Assembly: GCA_036384875.1 (NCBI GenBank)
Contig: DASVLM010000215.1
Coordinates: 1-34,599, forward strand
Origin: Noviherbaspirillum sp.
GTDB lineage: Bacteria; Pseudomonadota; Gammaproteobacteria; Burkholderiales; Burkholderiaceae_D
DNA length: 34,599 nt
Direction of reading: 5' to 3'
The position numbers and the translations under genes are program-made. Below the pieces are notes generated by a model. It saw nothing but the letters and a program-made list of their open reading frames with translations, did no database searches and was not told the origin of the DNA. Below, piece after piece: positions 19,473 to 29,100 of the stretch. The first letter of the stretch is position 1, and each line of letters opens with the position of its first letter.

Positions 19473-19835
19473 ATGCATGCCATCGTCCACAAGACCAGCG
19501 GCACCCTTCCCGACATCGCCACCCGGCCATCCAGGCTCGATCCGGCCGGCGAAACAGTGCAATTGCCACATCACCGGCACATGAACCTGTCCGGTGCGGC
19601 AGGCTGGACCGTTACCGTCCTGTCCGGCTGCGCCTGGATCACGCAGGATGGCGACGTCCGGGACATCGTGCTGGATGCGGGGCAGAGCTTCACGCTGGAC
19701 CGCGACGGCCCGGCCATCATCTCGGCGCTCGGCAATGCACGCCTGCGCGTCGCTCGCCCAGACTCGATGCCGAAGCAACAACACGCCGCAATACGCAGGC
19801 TGTTCTCCGCGCAAACCCGCGCTTCCTATGCATGA
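19473..19835 (+). CDS. DUF2917 (cupin-like) domain protein
   Basis: VLSGCAWITQDGDVRDIVLDAGQSF motif; AAGGAG RBS; divergent from LysR. Confidence 0.8.
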   Translation: MHAIVHKTSGTLPDIATRPSRLDPAGETVQLPHHRHMNLSGAAGWTVTVLSGCAWITQDGDVRDIVLDAGQSFTLDRDGPAIISALGNARLRVARPDSMPKQQHAAIRRLFSAQTRASYA

Positions 19836-19847
19836 CGGGAGGCCGCC

Positions 19848-20510
19848 ATGGCAAACCTGTTGCCCTTCGCGTCCGGCTGGACGCATTGGATGTCTTTCCG
19901 CCTCGGCAAACCCGCGCCACGCTCCGGCGAGATCCTCGACACCTGGCGCGTACGGAACGGCACGGCGGTTACGCTGCGCGCCACGCATGAAGAGGATGGC
20001 GAATTGATCCAGCAACTGGTGCGCGGCCTCTCGCTGCGCAGTCGCTATCACCGCTTCTTTTACGCGATGCATGAATTGCCGGCGGAGATACTGTTCCGCT
20101 TCACGCACAACGACCCGCGGCATGCGTTAAACATGATCGTCATTCATCGGCGGAACGGCCGCGAAGAAGCCATCGCAATGGCGCAATACGTCACCGGCAT
20201 CCACCCCGAATGCGCCGAATTCGCGGTCGTGGTGGCGGACGAATGGCAGCGCGCCGGCGTGGGAAGGAAACTGCTGGAAGCGCTGACCTGCATCGCCCGC
20301 TCGGCAGGGGTAGAACGCCTTGAAGGCGACATCCTTACCGAAAACGAACCGATGCAGCGCATGGCGCAGAAGTCAGGATTCGAACTCGAAATGCATCCGG
20401 AGGATCCGTACTTGTACAGAGCAGTCAAGATGCTGCGGGCGATATCGCAGCCGAGATGCGCGGTGCCGAACGATATGGTCAGGAGCGCGATAACCAACCA
20501 AATCCTGTAA
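19848..20510 (+). CDS. GNAT N-acetyltransferase resembling the GNAT domain of Pat/YfiQ
   Basis: GLSLRSRYHRFF, AEFAVVVADEWQRAGVG, ENEPM....KSGF; GGGAGG RBS. Confidence 0.85.
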   Translation: MANLLPFASGWTHWMSFRLGKPAPRSGEILDTWRVRNGTAVTLRATHEEDGELIQQLVRGLSLRSRYHRFFYAMHELPAEILFRFTHNDPRHALNMIVIHRRNGREEAIAMAQYVTGIHPECAEFAVVVADEWQRAGVGRKLLEALTCIARSAGVERLEGDILTENEPMQRMAQKSGFELEMHPEDPYLYRAVKMLRAISQPRCAVPNDMVRSAITNQIL

Positions 20511-20544
20511 GAAGATACTCGCTCAATAGTTTCCACTTTGATAT

Positions 20545-20577
20545 CATCCTGCATTGCCATTTTTGCAATGCAGGATG
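20545..20577. other. perfect 13-bp hairpin between GNAT and vgrG
   Basis: CATCCTGCATTGC-CATTTTT-GCAATGCAGGATG. Confidence 0.7.
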
Positions 20578-20580
20578 TCC

Positions 20581-23487
20581 ATGTCGCCCGATCTCCCGTC
20601 CCTCGATTCGCCGCTCTCTTCCCTGCTCTCGTCTTTCGGTTCGGTGTTCTCCCAGAACGCACGGCTGCTGCGCCTGCGCTTTGCCAACGACAGCACCATC
20701 GCGCCCGACCTGCTGCTGCCGCAACGCCTCTCCGGCACCGAGGCGCTATCCGCCTGCTATCGCTACGAGCTGGAATGCCTGTCGGCAGACATGCACATCG
20801 AGCTGAAGGACTTGCTGGGCCAGCCGGTGGAAATCGGCCTGTTGCTGGCCGATGGCGACGAGCGGGTGATGGCAGGCGTAATCACACAGGCGAAGCAACT
20901 CGGCGGCGACGGCGGATTCGCACGCTACGGCTTGCGGGTGGAACCCGCCATTGCCACCCTCGCCCATCGCATGAACAGCCGCGTGTTCCAGGACAAGTCG
21001 GTCCCGGACATCGTGACGGCGGTGCTGGAAGAACATGGCGTAGCCAATCCCGCCTTTGCGCGCAGCTTCGCGCTCGACAACCGGCTTTCACGGGATTACC
21101 CCGCGCGTTCGTACTGCCTGCAATACCGCGAAAGCGACCTCGCCTTCATCACCCGTTTGCTCGTCGAAGAAGGCATCTCCTGGCGCTTCGCATTCGATGG
21201 CGCCGAAGACGAAACGCCGCATCATGCGCTGGTGCTGTTCGACGACGGCAGCAGCCTGGATGCCAACAGCCAGGCGGTCGTCCGCTTCCACCGCGCCGAC
21301 GGCACGGAAGCCGAAGACAGCATCACCGACTGGCAAGCCGCGCGGCAGGTAACAGCGGGATCGACCTCGCTGCAGTCGTGGGATTACAAACCGGCATCTG
21401 CGCTCTCCGGCACTGCCGAAGGGCGAATCGGCCAAGGCGCACAAGGCACCGCGCTGGCATCCAGCCTGCAGAGTTACCAGCCGCAAACAGCGTATTACGG
21501 CGCGGATACCGATGAAGTGGAACGCTATGCCGGGCTGCGCCAGCAGGCAGCCGACATGGCAGCCAAGCATTTCACCGGCGAGGGAGTTGCGCGCAGCCTG
21601 TGCGCCGGCACCTGGTTCGAACTGCGCGACCACCCGATCCACGACCACGACGAACAGGAAGACCGGCAGTTCATCATCACTGCGCTGCACTTCACCGCCG
21701 AGAACAATCTGGTCGACAAAGGGCTTCCCGCATCAGGCACACCGGCACAGCTCTACACCAACCGCTTCACGGCCGTACGCAGAAACATCCCCATCGTCCC
21801 GCCCTGCACGCCGGAACACGCCAAGCCGACCGCACGCGGCCCGCAAACGGCTATCGTCGTCGGACCAAACGGAGAGGAAGTCTTCACCGACGAATACGGC
21901 CGCATCAAGGTGCAATTCCACTGGCAGCGCCCGCAGGAACACCCGGAAGGCGGCGCTGACCTTGACGACAAGTCTTCCACCTGGGTGCGCGTGGCCTACC
22001 CGAGCGCCGGGGCCGGCTGGGGCATCCAGCACATCCCGCGCGTCGGCCAGGAAGTGTTGATCGGGTTCATCGAAAACGACATCGATCGCCCGATCTGCAC
22101 CGGCGTCCTCCACAACGGCACCCATCTCCCGCCGGCATTCAGCGGCGCCGGTTCGCTGCCCGCCAACAAAACCCTGTCGGGCACCAAAACGAAGGAACAC
22201 CAGGGCAACGGCTACAACGAAGTATTGCTGGACGACACGCAGAACGAATTGCGCGTGAAGCTCTCCAGCGAGCACGCCAAGACGCAACTGAACCAGGGCT
22301 ACCTGATTCATCCGCGCACCGAAGGCAAGGGAACGCCACGAGGAGAAGGATTCGAATTGCGCACCGATGCGGCCGGCGCCATCCGTGCCGCGAAAAGCCT
22401 GCTACTGACGGCAGAGCCAAGCGCGAACGCCGCCGGAAAGCAACTCCACCGCCAGGCGCTGCTGCAAGTCCTCGATGCCGCCCTCGCGCTCACGGAACAA
22501 CTCGGCGAACAGGCGCAGCACCAGCACGCCAACCTGCCCGAGACCGGCCGGGACAACCAGCTGACCGACGACGACGCCGCACCCGGCAAACCCAGTGAGC
22601 GCGGACACCAGACCCATCTGACAGAAGCGCTGCACAACCTGGAAAGGAACACCAACACCGACCGCGAGGGCAAGACCGGCGCCGGCAAGCAACCGGGCGG
22701 CCAGCAGATCGTCGCCCTCAGCGGCCCGGACGGCGTGGCCGTCGCCAGCAACCAGAGCGCCACCATCACTGCCGGCACCAACCTCGACCAGATCGCACAA
22801 CGCGACAGCAACCAGACCACGGGCAGGCGATGGATACACAACGTCGGCGAATCAATCTCCCTGTTCGTCGCCGGCACGAAAGCGAAAGTGAAAGACACCT
22901 TCAAGCTGATCGCGGCCAAGGGCAATATCCAGATGCAGGCACAGGATGGACAACTCGAAGCCACCGCCCAAAACGACGTGACGATCACCAGCGTCACCGG
23001 CAAGGTAACAATCCAGGCGCCGAGGGAAATTCTTCTTGCAGCGGGTGGTGGGTATATCCGCATTGGGGCGGATATCGAGATACACAATCCGGGAGCGCAG
23101 TCGCAGAAGGCGGCGGAGTTCAGTTTGTCTGGGCCAGCGTCGATGAACAGCAACATGCCGCGATTGCCAAAAGCTCCTCAACTGATCGACCCTACCAAAC
23201 CGCTATACAGCCAGCAAATCGACATGTCGCACCTCGCCTACCACGACGGCCTGTTGGCATTTTCATCGAAAAACAAACCGTATCGCGTCTATGACCAGGA
23301 AGGCAATTTCATTGCCTCCGGCACCACCGACGAATGTGGCATGACGGACAGAATATTCACGAACGAACCGAAGGAACTATTGGTGCTTTTCGACGAAGGT
23401 GCTTGGGAGGTAGAGGAGTACATCGCGTCATTTGAAAGCACTGAAGCGATCGAAGGTGAAAATAGCGGCAAGGAAGAATCGGCATGA
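20581..23487 (+). CDS. vgrG: type VI secretion tip protein VgrG with DUF2345 and a C-terminal extension
   Basis: SRVFQDKSV, QYRESDLAF, GPQTAIVVG, TDEYGRIKVQFHW, PRVGQEV, PRGEGFELRTD, KLIAAKGNIQMQAQ; start 20575 or 20581. Confidence 0.95.
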   Translation: MSPDLPSLDSPLSSLLSSFGSVFSQNARLLRLRFANDSTIAPDLLLPQRLSGTEALSACYRYELECLSADMHIELKDLLGQPVEIGLLLADGDERVMAGVITQAKQLGGDGGFARYGLRVEPAIATLAHRMNSRVFQDKSVPDIVTAVLEEHGVANPAFARSFALDNRLSRDYPARSYCLQYRESDLAFITRLLVEEGISWRFAFDGAEDETPHHALVLFDDGSSLDANSQAVVRFHRADGTEAEDSITDWQAARQVTAGSTSLQSWDYKPASALSGTAEGRIGQGAQGTALASSLQSYQPQTAYYGADTDEVERYAGLRQQAADMAAKHFTGEGVARSLCAGTWFELRDHPIHDHDEQEDRQFIITALHFTAENNLVDKGLPASGTPAQLYTNRFTAVRRNIPIVPPCTPEHAKPTARGPQTAIVVGPNGEEVFTDEYGRIKVQFHWQRPQEHPEGGADLDDKSSTWVRVAYPSAGAGWGIQHIPRVGQEVLIGFIENDIDRPICTGVLHNGTHLPPAFSGAGSLPANKTLSGTKTKEHQGNGYNEVLLDDTQNELRVKLSSEHAKTQLNQGYLIHPRTEGKGTPRGEGFELRTDAAGAIRAAKSLLLTAEPSANAAGKQLHRQALLQVLDAALALTEQLGEQAQHQHANLPETGRDNQLTDDDAAPGKPSERGHQTHLTEALHNLERNTNTDREGKTGAGKQPGGQQIVALSGPDGVAVASNQSATITAGTNLDQIAQRDSNQTTGRRWIHNVGESISLFVAGTKAKVKDTFKLIAAKGNIQMQAQDGQLEATAQNDVTITSVTGKVTIQAPREILLAAGGGYIRIGADIEIHNPGAQSQKAAEFSLSGPASMNSNMPRLPKAPQLIDPTKPLYSQQIDMSHLAYHDGLLAFSSKNKPYRVYDQEGNFIASGTTDECGMTDRIFTNEPKELLVLFDEGAWEVEEYIASFESTEAIEGENSGKEESA

Positions 23488-24803
23488 ACCCACAACGTGA
23501 ACTCTATACCGTCAAGCATAACGACACTCTCTGGAAGATCGCGCGCGATCACAATAAGACAGTTGAAGAGCTCAAGAAACTCAACGGCATCAAGAATCCA
23601 AATGCACTTCGCGAGGGCCAGAAAATCGCGCTGCACAAGGAAGCGGTCGGCGGTTTCCGGGTATTGTTGCTGGACCAGGACAGAAATCCGCTTCAAGGAG
23701 TGAATTACCGCTTGGACGTAGGAGGAAAACGATACACCGGGGAAACCAGCGATAGCGGAGAAACGCAGCGCATCGTCACCGACAGTCCTTACGATGTGGT
23801 TCACATCTGGGTGCAGCGCATCGACGGCAGCTGGAAAGAAGTTGCTATCGTGATGTCCGGCTTCGGTGACAAGCTAACCGTTCTTGTCAGCGGACATATA
23901 AAGGTACCCACCAAGACTGAGAAGCATCCGGATCTTCCGCCCAATACTCAGCCTGATACCAAGGAACGGCCAAAGCCGAAACATGGGCCGGAAAATCCGC
24001 CGAAGACTTCACCAAATAAATCTGCGCCGGGTCCACTTCCTCAACCAACACATACACCCGATGGAAAGCCGATCACGCCGGTCGAAGGTGACATTCCAAA
24101 TTTGGACGACTTTTTGGACCACTATGCGCCTGGGGCAGACTTAACAAAATCCGATATTGAGGCGGCAGCGAAAGACCTAAAATGCGATCCGGGTCTTATT
24201 TATGCAATTGCCAAGCAAGAATCAGCAGCGTCATCGTTCGCCAAGCTAGGCAACAGGATCGTTCCTAAAATCCTGTACGAAAGACATAAATTTAGAGACT
24301 TAACTCGACCAAGCAAGCACGCCCAAAGCCCATATGAAGAAAAATATCGGGATATTTGCGGACCTCAATATATTCGGGTAAGAAAAAACAAAGAAGGAAA
24401 ATTAATTCACATTAAAACCGGGGCAGTCATAGCGGAAGATGATGCCTATGGTCTTGATACTGCCGCTCAATATAAAAGACTATGCAAGGCATATCTGCTC
24501 GATCAGTCAGCAGCGTTGCAGGCATGCTCATGGGGTAAATTTCAAATCATGGGATTCAATTACAAAACCGCGGGCTTTAACGACGTCAAAGCATTTACTA
24601 AAGCTTTAAGTCGAAGTGATGCAGAACATATGAAGGCATTTTTGAAATTTGCGAAGTCAAACAAGATTCTTCTCAATGGTTTGAGGGAAAAAAATTTTGA
24701 GAAAATTGCTGCTGGCCATAACGGCGACAATTGGCGCTCAATAAACCCAGAATATGCGTCAAATATCGAAAAATTCTATAAAGAATACGATATCAAAAAG
24801 TGA
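23484..24803 (+). CDS. LysM + N-acetylmuramidase (DUF3380-like) protein; predicted peptidoglycan-targeting T6SS effector
   Basis: LysM YTVKHNDTLWKIA..LNGIKNPN; AIAKQES, PKILYERHKF, SWGKFQIMGFNY, HNG..Y; no signal peptide; ATGA-coupled to vgrG. Confidence 0.85.
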   Translation: MNPQRELYTVKHNDTLWKIARDHNKTVEELKKLNGIKNPNALREGQKIALHKEAVGGFRVLLLDQDRNPLQGVNYRLDVGGKRYTGETSDSGETQRIVTDSPYDVVHIWVQRIDGSWKEVAIVMSGFGDKLTVLVSGHIKVPTKTEKHPDLPPNTQPDTKERPKPKHGPENPPKTSPNKSAPGPLPQPTHTPDGKPITPVEGDIPNLDDFLDHYAPGADLTKSDIEAAAKDLKCDPGLIYAIAKQESAASSFAKLGNRIVPKILYERHKFRDLTRPSKHAQSPYEEKYRDICGPQYIRVRKNKEGKLIHIKTGAVIAEDDAYGLDTAAQYKRLCKAYLLDQSAALQACSWGKFQIMGFNYKTAGFNDVKAFTKALSRSDAEHMKAFLKFAKSNKILLNGLREKNFEKIAAGHNGDNWRSINPEYASNIEKFYKEYDIKK

Positions 24804-25312
24804 AAATTAAAATGTTTAAGCATAATAAATTCATCGCAATCGCTCTCTCACTTGGAATTTCTCCGAGTTTTTCACAAAGTTTGTGCGTTAAACATGAAGA
24901 CGTTGTGTTTTCATTTCAAGAAAATAATTCGAAAAAACTGGCATCCGTTTGTAAGGGCAAAGAATCTAAGTACCTTGTTTATAGATTTGGTACAGCAGAG
25001 AAAGTCGAACTGGAATTTCCGACGCTCAAAGATGAGAACTCTTGGAAAAAATTTGAATACTCAGGTCAACGGAGAGGTGGGGGAAGGCTAAATGCAGGTT
25101 TTGGCGACTATACGTTGTCATTCAAAAATGGCCCTGCAGAGTACTATGTCTTCCAAGAATGGGACGACGAACAGGAAACCTATTCCATTGGCATCAATGT
25201 TCAGGTCAGCGGAAAATCAAAAACATTACTTGGTAACAGAAAAACCCAGGTAGGTTCTCTTGTATTGCTTGAGTCAGAAAATTCACGTCTTCAGAATATC
25301 GCAGACAAGTAG
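24800..25312 (+). CDS. exported protein, putative cognate immunity protein
   Basis: GTGA overlap with the effector stop (alternative ATG 24812); signal peptide ..SPSFS-Q; C...E..VFS..K..SVC..YRFG pattern; low GC (24/60 in 24841-24900). Confidence 0.7.
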   Translation: MKIKMFKHNKFIAIALSLGISPSFSQSLCVKHEDVVFSFQENNSKKLASVCKGKESKYLVYRFGTAEKVELEFPTLKDENSWKKFEYSGQRRGGGRLNAGFGDYTLSFKNGPAEYYVFQEWDDEQETYSIGINVQVSGKSKTLLGNRKTQVGSLVLLESENSRLQNIADK

Positions 25313-25351
25313 CGGCCGATGATAGTAGAAAGGCGCTATACAGAAATTTTC

Positions 25352-25876
25352 ATGAAATTGCTATTGCTGATTATTAGCATTTCTTTAAGCGCCTCGTCTC
25401 TCGCGGGATCCCGTACAGGTTACCGGTTAGTTTTTGTTGAAATATCCTCAAAACAATCTCCAGCGGTCTCAAAAATGCTTGAGAACTACTTCAACTCTGA
25501 GTTACCCGCCAATACATATCGCTGCCCCGAAAAGAATCAATTTATTGAATTCGACTATGTATATATTCGACAGCAACCGAGAGGCATTACGATCCCATTG
25601 GCTAGGGCGGCGTTAAATTTTGATAGGCGGGCCACAGAGAGTCTGCGGACTACTCTTCGCGCATTTAGAAATTCTGAAATCGACCACGGATTCGACGGCC
25701 TGCTTGTCTTCAATAACGATAAAAATCGCTTGGAATTGACAACGATTGGGACAATTGCAAACGGCTATAGAAAAACAGTTAAATTAAATTTGCAAAAGAA
25801 CCCGAGTTCAGGCGATTTGAACAAATTATTTTGCGATTCTTTGGCAGATCTCGAATACGCCTACGGTAATAGATAG
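25352..25876 (+). CDS. exported hypothetical protein, possible second/orphan immunity protein
   Basis: Signal peptide MKLLLLIISISLSASSLA; AT-rich; two Cys; follows the immunity candidate. Confidence 0.6.
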   Translation: MKLLLLIISISLSASSLAGSRTGYRLVFVEISSKQSPAVSKMLENYFNSELPANTYRCPEKNQFIEFDYVYIRQQPRGITIPLARAALNFDRRATESLRTTLRAFRNSEIDHGFDGLLVFNNDKNRLELTTIGTIANGYRKTVKLNLQKNPSSGDLNKLFCDSLADLEYAYGNR

Positions 25877-25883
25877 CGATTAG

Positions 25884-26078
25884 GCTGACGAGCGCAATGG
25901 TGTCTATTACTACGACGATCTCGTCGTGCTGAAAACCGCGACGATGCCGGCTATCCTGTTGGAGGCGGGCATCATTGTGAATAGAAATGAAGAAACATTG
26001 CTGCGGGAACCGGGAACCAGAAAGTCCATTGCGGAAGCGGTAACACGCGGGCTGCACGCTTGCAGCGCGCTTGAGTAA
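25884..26078 (+). pseudogene. C-terminal remnant of an N-acetylmuramoyl-L-alanine amidase (Amidase_3)
   Basis: Hand translation ADERNGVYYYDDLVVLKTATMPAILLEAGIIVNRNEETLLREPGTRKSIAEAVTRGLHACSALE*; LxVL...MPAxLxExG..N..E motif; in-frame TAG immediately upstream; N-terminal Zn-binding part absent. Confidence 0.8.
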
Positions 26079-26103
26079 GGTACACGGCGCGCCTCAACCA
26101 AGT

Positions 26104-26123
26104 GCTCGCTAACCGCAGCGAGC
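26104..26123. terminator. hairpin downstream of dnaE, possible terminator
   Basis: GCTCGCT-AACCGC-AGCGAGC, 7 nt after the dnaE stop; weak U tract. Confidence 0.35.
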
Positions 26124-26130
26124 CCGACTC

Positions 26131-29100
26131 TCAATACTCCACCACCGCCCCCTGCACTCCCAGCTTTTCCATCAGCATCTGCTTCAACCCATCCGCGGGC
26201 GCAACGCGCCAATCATCTGCCAAACGAATTTCGCAAGTACCGACGCCCTGCCGCATATACCGCATCGTGAGCGGCAATCCGGACTCGGAGCGATACGGCG
26301 CGAGGATATCCTTGATCTGCGCCGCGTCGATGCGCGCGTTCAGCGAGAACGCAAACTGCTTGCCGAACGACGAACGCGCGGTGGCGATATCCATCACCTT
26401 GTCCGCCGTCACGCGCAGGCCGCCGGAGAAGCGGTCTTCCGATACCTTGCCTTGCACCGCGAGGAATTCGTCTTCCTTGAACAGGTTGCGATTCGGGTCG
26501 TAGAGTTCGTTGTAGACCGTCACGTCCACCGTCGCCGTGCTGTCGTCGAGCGTGACGATGACCATCTTGCCGCGCTGGGTCATTTGCGTACGTACGGTCG
26601 TGATGATGCCGGCCAGGATGCGCGGCTCGCGCGAGGGCTCAAGGGAAGAAAGTTTGGAGCGTGCGAACTTGCGCGCCTCTTCCGCATACGCATTGAACAG
26701 ATGGCCGGACAGATAGAAGCCGAGCGCGGTCTTCTCTTCCGTCAGGCGTTGCTTCTCGCTCCACGGTGCCACCTTCACGTATTCCGGCGGCGTGTTCAGG
26801 TCGCTGTTCTCGTCACCGAAGAGGCTGACCTGGTTGGCCGAAGCTTCGGCTTGCTCCGCGCATTCCATCGCATAGTTCACCGACGCGATCAGGATGCCGC
26901 GATCGACGCCGAAGCAATCCATGGCGCCGGCGCGAATCAGCGACTCGATGGTACGGCGGTTGATCTGTTTCTTGTCGACGCGCTTGACGAAATCGAACAG
27001 GTCCTTGAACGGCCCGCCCGCTTCACGCGCAGCGACCACTGCTTCGATCGCATTCTGGCCGCTGCCCTTCACCGCTCCGAGGCCGTAGCGAATCTCCATC
27101 GCCTTCTTGCCCGGCTCGCCCACCGGTTTGAAGCGGTAGTCGGACTTGTTGATATCCGGCGGCAACACCTTCAGGCCGCAGATGTCGATCGCGTCCTCGA
27201 CCAGGATCTTTACCTTGTCGGTATCGTCCATGGCGAGCGACAAGTTGGCTGCCATGAATGCGGCGGGATGATGCGCCTTCAAATACGCGGTGTGATACGA
27301 CAGCAGCGCATACGCAGCCGCGTGCGACTTGTTGAAGCCGTAGCCGGCGAACTTCTCCATCAAGTCGAAGATTTCGTCGGCCTTTTCTTGCGTGAGGTTG
27401 TTCTTCGCCGCGCCCTCGCGGAAGATCAGGCGATGCTGCGCCATCTCTTCCGGCTTCTTTTTGCCCATCGCACGACGCAGCAAGTCCGCGCCGCCGAGCG
27501 AGTAGCCGCCGATCACCTGCGCCATCTGCATCACCTGCTCCTGATACACCATGATGCCGTAGGTTTCAGAGAGGATGCCCTCGGTGCGAGGATCGGGGTA
27601 ATCGAACTTCTCGCCGTGCTTGCGTCGGCAGAAATCCGGAATCAGGTCCATCGGGCCCGGACGATACAAGGCCACGAGCGCGATGATGTCCTCGAAGCGG
27701 TCGGGACGCGCATCCTTCAGCATGCCTTGCATGCCGCGACTTTCCAGCTGGAACACAGCGACGGTTTTTGCCTTGGTCAGCAGTTCGTAGGAAGGCCGGT
27801 CATTCAACGGCAGCTTCGCGAGATCGAAATCCGCGAGCGACGGGTCGAGCCCCTTGATGTAGTTCACCGCGAGGTTGAGGATGGTGAGCGTCGTCAGGCC
27901 AAGAAAGTCGAACTTCACGAGGCCGACGGCTTCGACGTCGTCCTTGTCGTACTGCGACACCACGCCCGCATCGCCGCCCTGCGTATAGAGCGGACAGAAA
28001 TCCGTCAGCTTGCCCGGCGCAATCAGCACACCGCCAGCGTGCATGCCGATCGAGCGCGTGATGCCTTCCACCTGCTGCGCGAGGTCGAGCAACTGCTTGA
28101 CCTCTTCCTCCTTCTCCATGCGCTCCTTCAGGAGCGGCTCTTCCTCGAGCGCGTCGGCAATCGTCACCAGCTTGCCGGGCTTGAAGGGAATCAGCTTGGA
28201 GAGGCCGTCGCAGAACATATAGCTCATGTCGAGCACGCGGCCCACGTCGCGCACCGCGCCCTTGGCCGCCATCGTGCCGAAGGTGGCGATCTGCGACACC
28301 GCGTCGCGGCCGTAGCGATCCTTCACGTACTGAATCACGCGGTCGCGGCCTTCCTGGCAGAAGTCGATATCGAAGTCGGGCATCGATACCCGTTCCGGGT
28401 TCAGGAAGCGTTCGAACAGCAGGTTGTATTCGAGCGGGTCGAGGTCGGTAATTTTCAGCGAATACGCCACCAGCGAGCCCGCGCCGGAACCCCGTCCGGG
28501 GCCGACCGGCACGCCGTTGTTCTTCGCCCACTGGATGAAGTCCGCCACGATCAGGAAGTAGCCGGGGAAGCCCATCTTGATGATGGTGTCGGTTTCGAAC
28601 TTCAGGCGTTCCTCGTAGCGCGCGCGCTTGGCCTCGCGCACCGCTTCGTCGGGGAAGAGCTGCAGCAGCCGTTCCTCCAGTCCTTCTTTCGCCTGCTGCG
28701 TCAGGTAGTCATCGAGCGACATGCCGTCCGGCGTCGGGAACAGCGGCAGCTTGGGTTTGCCGAGTTCCAGTTGCAGGTTGCAGCGCTTGGCGATCTCGAC
28801 CGTGTTCTGCACCGCCGCCGGCATGTCGGCGAACAGCGCCGCCATTTCATCCTGCGACTTGAAGCGTTGCTGCTCGTTGAAGCGTTTCACGCGACGCGGA
28901 TTCGCAAGGATTTCGCCTTCCGCGATGCAGGTACGCGCCTCGTGCGCGACGAATTCCTCTTCCTTCAAGAACTGCACCGGATGCGTCGCCACCACCGGCA
29001 GCTTCAGCTTTGCCGCCAGCGCCACCGCCTGCCGCACATGATTCTCCATGTTGGGCTGACCGTAGCGCTGCACCTCGATGTAGAAATGATTCGGAAACAG

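Noticed and set aside
23061-23071. CATTGGGGCGG in vgrG matches part of the repeat arm
   Set aside because: Only 11 nt and in coding sequence; compatible with chance
23484-24803. Prophage endolysin
   Set aside because: No holin, spanin or other phage genes; coupled to vgrG and followed by exported immunity-like genes
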